In this document: positions 21,723 to 31,571 of the stretch, piece by piece
Position numbering within the stretch: position 1 is the stretch's first letter
How the letters are laid out: each line of letters starts with the position of its first letter
Source: Candidatus Latescibacterota bacterium
GTDB lineage: Bacteria; Latescibacterota; UBA2968; UBA8231
Assembly (NCBI GenBank): GCA_965197905.1
Contig: CBDAOB010000005.1
Coordinates: forward strand, 2,272,001-2,336,000
Direction of reading: 5' to 3'
Length of the DNA stretch: 64,000 bases
Notes under the pieces: generated by a model
Seen by the model: only the letters and a program-made list of their open reading frames with translations
What the model was told of the DNA's origin: nothing
Databases searched by the model: none
Program-made: the position numbers and the translations under genes

Positions 21723-22580
21723 TCAGGCGCTCTTCTTTTTTCGTTTGGGTGCGGCTTTCTTCTTCTTCGCGGCGGCCGGTTTCTTCTTGGCCCGCTCCAT
21801 CGGCTTGCGCGAGCCTTTCGCCTGCGAGATGCTCTCGCGCAGAGCGGTCATGATGTCGACCACGGGCTTTACTTCCTCAAGGACTGTAAGCACCTCTTTG
21901 CCCTCGACCTTGGCAGTAACCATATCCTTGACGGCCTGTTTATAGCGATCGGCAAGATCGAGATCGGCGATCGACGCAGACATGGAGTCGACCAGAGTAT
22001 TGGCCAACTCAACCTGTTCCGGTTCGGCCTCGGCTCCTCCCGTCTTGGGCACGTCTGCAATATTCCGCAACGTCGCCGGGTTGCGGAGTTTGTACATGAC
22101 CAGACCGTCATCCACGGTGCCCAGGATCACGATCTCCTCCCGATCGCGCAGGACCACCCGGCCGATCCCCAGTTTGTCCGCACTTGCCAACGTCTCCCGC
22201 AGCAGACCGTAGGTCTTGCCCGCCACATCCCCGTCTGGCCCCACGTAATAAGGAGTATCATACCACATGGGATGGATCTCCGACGCCTCCACGAACCCTT
22301 CCAGCTCGATCACCTTCGTGCTCTTAATCTTGATCTTGTCGAAATCGTCGTTTTCGAACACCACGTACTGATCGGGCTCGTACTCGTACCCCTTTACGAT
22401 ATCATCGTTGGGAACCGGATTTTCACATTTCTTGCATTTCTTGTCGTACCCTACCCGGCCGTTGCAATCGCGGTGCAGCTGATTGAACTGCACTGATTCT
22501 GCCGAATCTACCGCACTGAAGATGCGTATGGGGATAGTCACGAGAGAGAACTGAATATGACCTTTCCAAATAGATCGCAT
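21723..22580 (-). CDS. ku: Ku protein (NHEJ)
   Basis: MRSIWKGHIQFSLVTIPI, FNQLH, IVKGYEY, VVDIMTALRESI, Lys-rich tail. Confidence 0.97.
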   Translation of the reverse strand: MRSIWKGHIQFSLVTIPIRIFSAVDSAESVQFNQLHRDCNGRVGYDKKCKKCENPVPNDDIVKGYEYEPDQYVVFENDDFDKIKIKSTKVIELEGFVEASEIHPMWYDTPYYVGPDGDVAGKTYGLLRETLASADKLGIGRVVLRDREEIVILGTVDDGLVMYKLRNPATLRNIADVPKTGGAEAEPEQVELANTLVDSMSASIADLDLADRYKQAVKDMVTAKVEGKEVLTVLEEVKPVVDIMTALRESISQAKGSRKPMERAKKKPAAAKKKKAAPKRKKKSA

Positions 22581-22608
22581 GGTTAACTCCGCAGCGTGAT
22601 AGGTTTGG

Positions 22609-24912
22609 TCATTCTTGCAAGTCGGACAGATCGGGACGCAGTCGCTTCAACCGGGCGTTCCGCAGCAACCCCTTGGAGGTGCGAGCGCTGTATTCCACTT
22701 CGCAGATCAGTTTCGGTTCCAACCAGGTTGTGACCCGCTCGTCTGCCACTGTTGCTCTTATCGGCTTTTTCACCGCAATCAGCCCCTTAAATAGATCGGC
22801 CGCCTGGACCAATGTTGCATCCGAGAAACCGGATCCCACCTTGCCGATGTAGCGCAGAGCTCGACCACTCTTTTCCGCCAGATGCAGGGCCCCGATTCCC
22901 CCAGCCCGATCTCCCTTCCCGGCGGTAAACCCGACCACCAGGCAGTCGACCGATTGGCTGACCTTGATCTTGAGCCAATCACTGCTGCGGATACCGGGCC
23001 TGTAGGTGCTGTCGCGGCCCTTGGCCATGATGCCTTCAAGCCCCAAGCTGCCGGCTGCAGCGAAAAGCTCGTCGCCCTGTTCCTCGGCGAGGCTGAGCCG
23101 GAATCGGGAGTCGACGGGCACCGCGTCCGCCAGCAATTCCCGCCGCCGTTCCAGGGGCTCTCCGGTAAGGCAAACGCCGTCAAGATACAAACAATCGAAC
23201 AAATAGCAAAAGGCTTTATTTATATTGACCTTGCGACCACTATGCAACCTGCTGAGCACGGTTTCGAACTGCGGTCTGCCCGCGTCGTCCAGACAGACGA
23301 TTTCACCGTCGAATACCGCGGTCGACGCCTTAAACGCCTCGGCCTCATCGACCAGCTCCTGGAAGTGTTCTGTCATATTCTTTTGGTTGCGGCTGCGAAT
23401 GGTGAGTTCGCCGTCGTCCAGGCTGACCAAAGCCCTGAGGCCATCCCACTTTACCTCGAAAAGATAGTTCGCATCCGACGGTGGATGTGCGACACTTTCC
23501 GCCATCATCGGCTCCAGCGGATCGCGGGTCCAATCGATCTGCGGCTCGTCGATCCGCTCCAGAAGCCAATCCTTGCCCCGGGTGTTGATGAGCCGGAACT
23601 CGGCATCCAAACCCTTGCTGGCAACCCGGATGTAGATCGAGTCCTTCTTGTCTTTGGTTACCTCGTATTTGCCTCGGGCGAGAATCCACATCGGCCCGGC
23701 GCCATACTCCCCTTTTGGAATCCGCCCTTCGAAATCGGCGTATTCGAGCGGATGATCCTCCACCTTGACGGCCAGGCGTTTGATCCCCGGACGCGGCGGC
23801 ATCCCTCTGGGTACCGCGAAGGACCAGAGCACGCCATCCCGTTCAAGGCGCAAGTCGCAGTGCACATTGCGCGCATGGTGCCGATGAACGACAAAATCGT
23901 TTTTCCAGGTTTTGGAGGCTTTTCCCGCCGGTTCGGGGGTTTTCGCGAACCGCCGTTTTCCCTCGTACTCGATAAGCTGTTTGGCGGTTTTCGATTTGCC
24001 GGCGGACCGCACCTTTTTCTTTCCCGCAACCTGGGTCGGACGTTCGGTGTGCAAGCCCGTGGCATACGCCTCTAGGCCTTCCCAGGCATCCCCATCCCGC
24101 CGCAGCAAGTCGGGAACCTTTTGAATGTTCAATACCAACTGATCCTCGATCTCGTCGAGCCCACTCCACGGCAGCGGATACGAAACGGCTGCGCTCTCAT
24201 TGGCTCGAAGGCTGTACGGCGCCACGATCGTCTGTCCCGGTCGATTTCGGTAGATGTCCACCAGAACCTTCTCCACCCTCGCCGCTTTGGTGATTCTCAG
24301 GGTCGTTGTGGAGCCGTTCTCGGCGACAAACCTCCTGGCGAGATCTTGGGCGGCGGCGAAGACCCGGTCGCTGCCGAAGCTCCTCTCGAGGGGAGCGACG
24401 AGGTGCAGCCCCTTGCTGCCGGTAGATTTCGCGAACAGGTGATAGCCGTGATTCTCCACCAGAATCTTGAGTGCCAAAGCGAGCTCGACCACCGCCGCGA
24501 AGGGCGTGCCGACGGGGGGGTCGAGGTCGAAAACCATATAGTCCGACAGTTCGAGGTCTGGCCGACGAACCGGAAGCTGATGGATCTCCAAACACGCCTG
24601 GCTGGCCAGCCAGACCAACGTGGCGGCATCGTTGCAGATCACCTGATCCGTCTTGGAGACCAAACAGTGTTCTACCCATTTGGGTGCGGTAGCCGGTATG
24701 TTCTTTTGGAAAAAGCTTTTCTCCTGGACTCCTTCGGGGAAACGGACGAGGGTCAGCGGTCGATTCCTGATATGTCGCAGGATTGTCGGTGCAATATTGA
24801 GGTAGTATTCTATGACCTCGGCTTTGAGAATCTGCAACTCGGGGAAGAGAACCTTGTCCAGATTCGTCAGTTCCAGCTGTTGCTTGCCGACTTGCGTGAG
24901 TTTGGATTTCAA
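22609..24912 (-). CDS. ligD: NHEJ DNA ligase D, polymerase-phosphoesterase-ligase order
   Basis: Pol: FDLDP, STGSKGLH, APYSLR; PE: HARNVHCDLRLE, EDHPLEY; ligase: EVKWDG, FDGEI, EGIMAK, WLKIK, GKVGSG. Confidence 0.95.
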   Translation of the reverse strand: MKSKLTQVGKQQLELTNLDKVLFPELQILKAEVIEYYLNIAPTILRHIRNRPLTLVRFPEGVQEKSFFQKNIPATAPKWVEHCLVSKTDQVICNDAATLVWLASQACLEIHQLPVRRPDLELSDYMVFDLDPPVGTPFAAVVELALALKILVENHGYHLFAKSTGSKGLHLVAPLERSFGSDRVFAAAQDLARRFVAENGSTTTLRITKAARVEKVLVDIYRNRPGQTIVAPYSLRANESAAVSYPLPWSGLDEIEDQLVLNIQKVPDLLRRDGDAWEGLEAYATGLHTERPTQVAGKKKVRSAGKSKTAKQLIEYEGKRRFAKTPEPAGKASKTWKNDFVVHRHHARNVHCDLRLERDGVLWSFAVPRGMPPRPGIKRLAVKVEDHPLEYADFEGRIPKGEYGAGPMWILARGKYEVTKDKKDSIYIRVASKGLDAEFRLINTRGKDWLLERIDEPQIDWTRDPLEPMMAESVAHPPSDANYLFEVKWDGLRALVSLDDGELTIRSRNQKNMTEHFQELVDEAEAFKASTAVFDGEIVCLDDAGRPQFETVLSRLHSGRKVNINKAFCYLFDCLYLDGVCLTGEPLERRRELLADAVPVDSRFRLSLAEEQGDELFAAAGSLGLEGIMAKGRDSTYRPGIRSSDWLKIKVSQSVDCLVVGFTAGKGDRAGGIGALHLAEKSGRALRYIGKVGSGFSDATLVQAADLFKGLIAVKKPIRATVADERVTTWLEPKLICEVEYSARTSKGLLRNARLKRLRPDLSDLQE

Positions 24913-24975
24913 AGCTGACCTTCGCTAGTGAGCTATTGGGAGCAATCATAATGAAAATGGCCCTCAGGGTTCAAC

Positions 24976-25656
24976 ATGCAAACTGCGCCCACTGAAACCG
25001 AAGGTCGGTTCGTCGCCACCCCGGAAAAGGGTGAAGTTTCCTTTCTGCTGCTGGAACCGCCACAGGCAACCTGGTGTCTGATTCTCGGTCACGGGGCCAG
25101 TAGCCATTTTCGCCATCGCACTGTAACATCCGTTGCGTCCGCTCTCGCCCAAGTAGGCATTGCCAGTTTTCGCTACAATTTTCCCTACTCCGAGAGCGGT
25201 AGCGGGAGAAATTCGAACGAGGTCTGCATAGCGACGATCCGGTCTGCGGCGAAAGCTGCCCACGCCGCCGTCCCCAAGCTCTCACTGCTCGCTGGGGGGC
25301 ACTCCTTCAGTGGACGCATGACCTCCATGGGCGCCGCGGAAACGTCCCTTCCCAACGTTCGCGGACTGGTGTTCTATTCGTTCCCCTTGCATCCCGCGGG
25401 GAAACCAGGTACGGAACGCGCCGAGCATCTATCCAAGGTCGGACATCCGATGTTGTTCTTGAGCGGAACCCGCGATGCCCTCGCCGATCTCGAACTGCTT
25501 GAGCCTGTCTGTTCGGACCTGGGAGATCGCGCCCAGCTGCACCTGCTAGATACGGCCGATCACAGCTTCAAGGTCCTCAAACGCTCGCGCCGAACCACCG
25601 AGGACGTCTACGAGGAAATGGCCCGGATCGCCCTACAGTGGACAGAAACGATTTGA
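24976..25656 (+). CDS. Alpha/beta hydrolase (KANSL3-like)
   Basis: HGAS, nucleophile GGHSFSGR, FPLHP, GTRD, ADHSF. Confidence 0.88.
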   Translation: MQTAPTETEGRFVATPEKGEVSFLLLEPPQATWCLILGHGASSHFRHRTVTSVASALAQVGIASFRYNFPYSESGSGRNSNEVCIATIRSAAKAAHAAVPKLSLLAGGHSFSGRMTSMGAAETSLPNVRGLVFYSFPLHPAGKPGTERAEHLSKVGHPMLFLSGTRDALADLELLEPVCSDLGDRAQLHLLDTADHSFKVLKRSRRTTEDVYEEMARIALQWTETI

Positions 25657-25774
25657 AAACCGACCGCGGTCTCACCTCCACCATTGACGAGATCTCCGCG
25701 GCAAACAATAGTATCGACTGGCAGCCGATACCCCGGGCGTTGTCGTTGCCTAACAACTCTTCTAAGGGAAAACC

Positions 25775-26533
25775 ATGCTGAAAGATCCGTTTAGTCTGGC
25801 AGGCCAGATTGCACTCATCACCGGCGGCGGGACCGGCCTTGGATTGGGAATGGCCAAGGCGTTCGCAGCGCAGGGCGCCAAGGTGATCCTTGCCGGCAGG
25901 CGAGAAGAGGTCTTGCAGAAAGCGGTAAAAGAGATCGGCGAAGCCGCCGATTACCGGGTTCACGATGTGGTCGACTTTGCCAAATCCGGCACTCTAATCG
26001 AATCGGTGGAAGAGCAGCACGGCTCCCTTACCACGCTGATCAACAATGCCGGCATCGGCATTCGCAAAGCGACTGAAGAGGTAGAGGAAGAGGAGTTCAT
26101 GGAGGTTTTGAACGTCCATGTTATGGGGGCCTTCTCTCTGTCGAAGTGGGCCGCGAGAAGTATGCTTAAATCGGGCGGCGGCAGCATCTTGTTCACCGCT
26201 TCCATGACCTCCTATTTCAGCGTACCGGCTGTGACCTCTTACGCCGCGGCCAAGTCGGCCTACCTGGGCATGGTGCGCAACATGGCCGATGAATGGGCGG
26301 ACAGAGGAATCCGGGTAAATGCCATCGCGCCGGGCTGGATCGAAACCGATCTGAGCCGGCCGACCATCAAAGATCCGGTGAAGAGCGCCAAGATATTGGG
26401 AAGAACTCCCATGGCGCGCTTCGGGGAAGCGGAGGATATTGGCTGGGCGGCGGTCTACCTTGCGTCACCCGCGGCGAAGTTCGTGACGGGTGTCTGTCTA
26501 CCTGTGGACGGCGGAGTTTTGATCGGTCTGTAA
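25775..26533 (+). CDS. SDR oxidoreductase (gluconate 5-dehydrogenase/KduD-like)
   Basis: TGGGTGLG, NNAG, YAAAK, VNAIAPG, VDGG. Confidence 0.9.
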   Translation: MLKDPFSLAGQIALITGGGTGLGLGMAKAFAAQGAKVILAGRREEVLQKAVKEIGEAADYRVHDVVDFAKSGTLIESVEEQHGSLTTLINNAGIGIRKATEEVEEEEFMEVLNVHVMGAFSLSKWAARSMLKSGGGSILFTASMTSYFSVPAVTSYAAAKSAYLGMVRNMADEWADRGIRVNAIAPGWIETDLSRPTIKDPVKSAKILGRTPMARFGEAEDIGWAAVYLASPAAKFVTGVCLPVDGGVLIGL

Positions 26534-26562
26534 TCGGCTGCAAACGGGAGAGACATTTCTTC

Positions 26563-28392
26563 ATGCTGGAAATCCTTGCCATCGTCGTCGGCGTAACCAT
26601 CCTGCTGTTCCTGATAACCCTGGCACGTGCGCCCGACAGCGACGACGCGCTCTGCTACGACACAAGCGACGGAACCCGTGATCCTCACAAGTGGGGCTAC
26701 ACCGACACTCGCTTCGAGTTCGACGGCCCGCGTGCCGTCCGGGTGACGGGAGACCGCTATCCCATGGCCGGCTACAGCATGCCATATTTCGTCGACTTTG
26801 CCGAGGAGGTTCTAGGAATACCGATCCGGGCCGAGGATGCAGTCGCCGAAGCAGTGCCCGAAGCTGCGCCAGCTCCGGTCTTGAATGAGCCTTTTCTGGA
26901 GGGGTTGCGCGAGGCGCTCGATGCAGACCAGATCTCCCAGGAGGCCTCTGACCGGCTGGTGCACAGCCATGGCCAGCTCAGCGTCGACGAGGTGTATCGT
27001 CTATTGCACGGCAAGTCGCTGGAGCGCATCGTCGATATCGTCCTCTATCCCCGGAAGGAAGAAGAGGTGACCTCGATAATCCAGCTGGCAAACCTGCACG
27101 GCGCCTGCCTAGTGCCGTTTGGCGGCGGCACCAATGTCAGCGGTGCCGTGGCCTGCACCTCAACCGAACAGCGCTGTATAGCATCCGTCGATATGCGCCG
27201 TATGAAACGTATCCTGTGGCTTGACGAGGAGAATCTGCAGGCCTGTGTTGAAGCGGGGATTTCGGGCAAGGAGCTGGAACGGGAGCTGGACGTAAGGGGG
27301 TATACTTCCGGCCACGATCCCGACAGCATCGAGCTATCGACGCTGGGCGGGTGGATCTCCACCAACGCCAGTGGCATGAAGAAGAACAAGTATGGAAACA
27401 TAGAGGATATCGTTCTCGAGGCGACGCTGATCACTCCTACGGGCGAGGTCGAGGCACGGCGCGCAACCCCGCGCAATTCCGTAGGGGTGCCGCCGCGGGT
27501 CTTCCTCTTCGGCAGCGAGGGCAACTTGGGCATCATCACCAAAGCGATCATCAAAGTCCATCCGCGACCTGAGGTGCGGCGTTACGGATCGCTAGTTTTC
27601 CCGTCGCTTCAGCACGGGGTTCGTTTCCTCAAGGAGATGCGTCGGGTGGGGGCAGTGCCGGCCAGTATTCGCCTGGTGAGCAACGTGGAATTTCGTTTCG
27701 GCCAGGCATTGAAACCGGCGCCCGGTTTCCTCAAAGGCATCGCCGCTTCGGTGCAGAAGCTGTTCCTGTTCAGGATCCTGCGCTACAAACCTCTGGAGAT
27801 AACCGCGAGCACGATCGTCATGGAGGGCACCGAGCGCGAGGTGGAGCATCAGTCGGAGACCTTGTTCTCCACTGCCAAGAGATTCAAAGGGGTCAGCGGG
27901 GGCGCCGGCAACGGGCGTCGGGGGTATATGCTGACCTTCGGCATCGCCTACATACGAGACTTCCTCAGCCAGTTCCAGATTCTCGGTGAAACCTTCGAGA
28001 CCTCGGTCCCCTGGGACCGGATCGAGACCGTTTGCGAGGCGGTGCAAAGCGAGCTGATTTCCCAGTGTCGATCCTACGACGTGCCGGGAAAACCGTATCT
28101 CGCATACCGGTTAACCCAAACCTATCATACCGGAGTGTGCATCTACTTTACCATGGGGTTTTGCGGTAAGGGACTGGAGAATCCGGAAGAGGTCTACCAC
28201 AACATCGAGCGTGCCCTGCGGCAGGTGATTCTGGACAACGGCGGCTCTCTCTCCCACCACCACGGCATCGGCAAGATTCGCCGCAACTTCCTGCCGCAGA
28301 TTCAAACGGAAAACAGCACCCGCGTGCTGCGCGACATCAAGAGCTCGATGGATCCCAACAATGTCTTCGCCGTTGGCAACGGCCCCTTCTAG
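26563..28392 (+). CDS. agps: Alkyl-dihydroxyacetonephosphate synthase-like FAD enzyme with N-terminal membrane anchor
   Basis: PFGGGTNV, GHDPDSIELSTLGGW, ASGMKKNKYGNIED, GSEG, IAYIRD, FETSVPWDR, TQTY, GSLSHHHGIGK match eukaryotic AGPS motifs. Confidence 0.88.
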   Translation: MLEILAIVVGVTILLFLITLARAPDSDDALCYDTSDGTRDPHKWGYTDTRFEFDGPRAVRVTGDRYPMAGYSMPYFVDFAEEVLGIPIRAEDAVAEAVPEAAPAPVLNEPFLEGLREALDADQISQEASDRLVHSHGQLSVDEVYRLLHGKSLERIVDIVLYPRKEEEVTSIIQLANLHGACLVPFGGGTNVSGAVACTSTEQRCIASVDMRRMKRILWLDEENLQACVEAGISGKELERELDVRGYTSGHDPDSIELSTLGGWISTNASGMKKNKYGNIEDIVLEATLITPTGEVEARRATPRNSVGVPPRVFLFGSEGNLGIITKAIIKVHPRPEVRRYGSLVFPSLQHGVRFLKEMRRVGAVPASIRLVSNVEFRFGQALKPAPGFLKGIAASVQKLFLFRILRYKPLEITASTIVMEGTEREVEHQSETLFSTAKRFKGVSGGAGNGRRGYMLTFGIAYIRDFLSQFQILGETFETSVPWDRIETVCEAVQSELISQCRSYDVPGKPYLAYRLTQTYHTGVCIYFTMGFCGKGLENPEEVYHNIERALRQVILDNGGSLSHHHGIGKIRRNFLPQIQTENSTRVLRDIKSSMDPNNVFAVGNGPF

Positions 28393-28400
28393 CCCCGGCC

Positions 28401-29207
28401 ATGTTCCGCGACAAGGTAGTGATCGTGACGGGGGCTTCCTCTGGACTGGGCGCAACGTTGGCGACCGAGTTCGCTGCCACCGGCGCCAAGGTTGCGCTGT
28501 TTTCACCGGAGGAAGAGAAGCAAGCGGAGGTGGCGCGGCAATGTGAAACGGCGGGTGGCAAAGCGTTGTCGGTGGTGGGCGACGTAACCCTGGAGCGTGA
28601 CTGCAAGATCCTGGTCGAGGAGACGCTGAGCTCCTTCGGTGGGATCGATTACCTCATTGCCAACGCCGGCATCAGCATGTGGGCGCCCTTCGCCGATGTG
28701 GACGATCTTCAGGTCTTTCGAAAGCTGGTCGAGGTGAACTATCTGGGCGCCGTGAACTGCATTCACTACGCCCTGCCCCATCTGATTGCCAGCAAGGGCA
28801 TGGTGGTCGCTATTACCTCGATCCAGGGTAAGATCGGGGTTCCTCTTCACACCGGATACGTCGGCTCCAAACACGCCCTTCAAGGCTTCTGCGAGTCGTT
28901 GCGTATGGAGCTTGCCGGCACCGGCATGGGCGTCCTCACGGTGCTGCCACACTGGTTGCGCGGTACCGATCTGAGAAAGAACGCCTTTGGCAAGGACGGC
29001 CGCGCCCTCGGCACCTCCTCCCGGCGCCACAGCAGCGAGTCGATATCCCTTGAAGTGGCGGCTCGCGCAATCATGAAGGCGACCCACAAACGCAAACGCA
29101 CTCTGGTTATTCCCTGGAAGCTGCGGTTGCTGCTGGCCCTCAACCTGTTCAATCCGGGGTTGGCCGAGTCGCTGATCACCGGTGCGGTGAAACACCAGGA
29201 TGACTAG
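28401..29207 (+). CDS. SDR oxidoreductase, DHRS7B/11beta-HSD-like
   Basis: TGASSGLG, NAGIS, VNYLG, AITSIQGK, YVGSKHALQGF. Confidence 0.88.
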   Translation: MFRDKVVIVTGASSGLGATLATEFAATGAKVALFSPEEEKQAEVARQCETAGGKALSVVGDVTLERDCKILVEETLSSFGGIDYLIANAGISMWAPFADVDDLQVFRKLVEVNYLGAVNCIHYALPHLIASKGMVVAITSIQGKIGVPLHTGYVGSKHALQGFCESLRMELAGTGMGVLTVLPHWLRGTDLRKNAFGKDGRALGTSSRRHSSESISLEVAARAIMKATHKRKRTLVIPWKLRLLLALNLFNPGLAESLITGAVKHQDD

Positions 29208-29391
29208 GTCAGGTGAAAACGAGCGGCCCAGAGTGGTTTCCCTCCCGTTTTCACTATAACCTACCATCCAGTCGCCACGCACGGCTGTTCCCGACCCGAG
29301 CTGACCTGGAACTCCGTGGCAATCCGCGGCGTTTCTCGTTCTGACCTGTTAGGCAAGGTTCGGAACAACATCTTGAGTTGCAGATCGAGGA

Positions 29392-30273
29392 ATGTTTAGG
29401 CTGACTTCAGTTTTTCTTCTTGTGCTACTGATCTCCGGTTCGGCCGTGGGCCAGGATCCGGATACCTTGCTGACTGTTGCGATTCCGAATGGGGAGTTCA
29501 TGCAGTTCGCCTGGATCGAGCCGGGTAACTTCCTCATGGGAACGGAGGATGAGGACCTACCGAACGGATCGGATGAGGTTCCGGCCCACGAGGTCACGAT
29601 CAGCACCGGTTTCTACATGAGCATCTTCGAAATAACTCAAATACAGTGGGGCGCCGTTATGGATACCAAGCCCTGGCGGTTCGAGCGCTACACCATTGAG
29701 CACATTCACAGCCCGGCGAGCCATATTTCCTGGGATGATATGCAGGAGTTTATTGCGGTTTTGAACGAGTTCGAGGGCGGGTCGGTGTATCGCCTTCCCA
29801 CCGAAGCGGAGTGGGAATATGCAGCCCGTGGTTTCACCAGCTCACTCTGGTTTTTTGGCGATTCCCCCAACGCGTTGCAGCTCTACGCCTGGTATTGGAG
29901 GAACGCCTGGGACCGAGGGGAGTCGTTCGCGCATTTGGTGGGCTCTAAACTGCCCAATCAATTCGGTCTCTACGACATGCATGGCAACGTGTGGGAGTGG
30001 GTCCAGGATTGGTACGGACCGTATTCTGCAACGGCCAAGACTGATCCCGAAGGTCCGACCGAAGGAACCCGAAAGGTGCTGCGCGGCGGCGGGTTTGTGA
30101 GCCCTTTCTACGAGGCCCGCTCCGGCGTGAGAAGCAGCGAAGCCCCCGACAGTCGCTTTTCGGACATCGGCGCACGCATCGTTCGCCGCAACCTGCCAAC
30201 CTCTGTACGCCAGGAGAGCTGGGGTCGGGTCAAAGCTCGCCTCCGACCCGGCGAGAATCCCTCAAGTCCGTGA
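29392..30273 (+). CDS. Secreted FGE-sulfatase (SUMF1/EgtB/PvdO)-fold protein
   Basis: Signal peptide; FLMG, RLPTEAEWEYAARG, NQFGLYDMHGNVWEW, RGG; no catalytic Cys pair. Confidence 0.9.
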   Translation: MFRLTSVFLLVLLISGSAVGQDPDTLLTVAIPNGEFMQFAWIEPGNFLMGTEDEDLPNGSDEVPAHEVTISTGFYMSIFEITQIQWGAVMDTKPWRFERYTIEHIHSPASHISWDDMQEFIAVLNEFEGGSVYRLPTEAEWEYAARGFTSSLWFFGDSPNALQLYAWYWRNAWDRGESFAHLVGSKLPNQFGLYDMHGNVWEWVQDWYGPYSATAKTDPEGPTEGTRKVLRGGGFVSPFYEARSGVRSSEAPDSRFSDIGARIVRRNLPTSVRQESWGRVKARLRPGENPSSP

Positions 30274-30566
30274 AAAACAACGAAATTCGCCGGAAATTGA
30301 TGGATTTTTGCGGCAGTGGCGCCCCGACAATCCAGGCCTCGTAACCTTACCTGTTTCAACAAGTTCCGCACCTAAAAAACAAATTGTCGCATTTTTGCGA
30401 CGATCGGTCTCTTCGACCGCAATATCGATAGTGTTTCTCGGCTACTCGCAAAGCGCTATTAAACAATTACTTACGCACTTTCGACCGAACAGCGCATAGT
30501 GGCACACATCTTGCCAACATCTTGGTGGTCCTCAAACGCCCGAGAACCATCAGGAGTCAGGTGTTC

Positions 30567-31421
30567 ATGCGTGAAACGATCGACGGAAGCAGGGATTCGG
30601 TGCTGGCTTCGTATTTCGCCTACATCGCGGAGTCTCATCCGCTGTCGAGGGATCGAGAGCGAGAGTTGGCAGAGCGCATCCAGCAAGGAGACATGGATGC
30701 GCGGGATGAGTTGGTGCGAGCCAATCTTCGTTTCGTCGTCAGTATCGCGATGAACTACCTGAACCGGGGTATGAGCCTGGCCGACCTCATTAGCGCTGGA
30801 AATATGGGTTTGCTCACTGCTGCCGAGCGTTTCGATGCGGGGCGCGGATTCAAGTTCATTTCCTATGCGGTCTGGTGGATTCGCCAGTCGATCATCCAGA
30901 GCATGGTGGATCAATCGCGGGCCGTGCGACTCCCCGCAAACAGGATTGCCCTGCTGCGAAACATCACCAAGACCTCGCAGCGTCTCGGCAAGAATCTCGA
31001 AGTAGAGCCAGCGCTGGAGGATATCGCGGACGAACTGGAGCTACCGGTCCAGGAGTTGCTGAATACGGTGTTGAGTGCCCGAGTAGTTTGCTCTCTCGAC
31101 GATAGCGACGAGGAATCACACACGACCCTTTTGGATAACCTGCCTGACCGGTCGCAACGAGCTCCGGATGAAGATGTGGTGAGGTCGTCGGATAGTGTGG
31201 AACTCGGACGTATCCTCTGCACCTACCTCGATTACCGAGAACGGCGGATCGTTCAACTCTATTTTGGCTTCGACGGCAGCAACGCGATGACCCTGGAGCA
31301 GATCGGTACGATACTTGGTCTTACCCGCGAAAGGGTGCGGCAGATCAAAGAAGACGCCCTGGCGAAATTGCGCCGTACCCGGCAGACCTCCGGTCTCCAA
31401 CCATTAGTTGAAACCTGTTGA
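30567..31421 (+). CDS. RNA polymerase sigma-70 factor (RpoD/RpoS-like, no region 1.1)
   Basis: ANLRFVVSIA, DLISAGNMGL, FKFISYAVWWIRQSI, TLEQIG...TRERVRQI. Confidence 0.93.
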   Translation: MRETIDGSRDSVLASYFAYIAESHPLSRDRERELAERIQQGDMDARDELVRANLRFVVSIAMNYLNRGMSLADLISAGNMGLLTAAERFDAGRGFKFISYAVWWIRQSIIQSMVDQSRAVRLPANRIALLRNITKTSQRLGKNLEVEPALEDIADELELPVQELLNTVLSARVVCSLDDSDEESHTTLLDNLPDRSQRAPDEDVVRSSDSVELGRILCTYLDYRERRIVQLYFGFDGSNAMTLEQIGTILGLTRERVRQIKEDALAKLRRTRQTSGLQPLVETC

Positions 31422-31526
31422 GCAGTCGAGACGCCTCAAGAGCGCCAGCACCCCCATTGGCGTAAGCATCTGACCCCACGTCGATCCACGCAGTAGCTGG
31501 CTTTATCTCCTTCCCGCAAAAACCGC

Positions 31527-31555
31527 TTTACAATATTCACAGCCCCCTATATTAT
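31527..31555 (+). promoter_or_regulatory. Putative sigma70 promoter
   Basis: TTTACA-17 bp-TATTAT upstream of ORF 31572. Confidence 0.5.
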
Positions 31556-31571
31556 TGTATATATTGATCTT

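Noticed and set aside
21537..24918. Long antisense ORFs over ku/ligD (and similar ones at 17328-18587, 43519-44898, 53083-54228, 60317-61474)
   Set aside because: Shadow ORFs expected opposite GC-rich genes; no recognisable motifs
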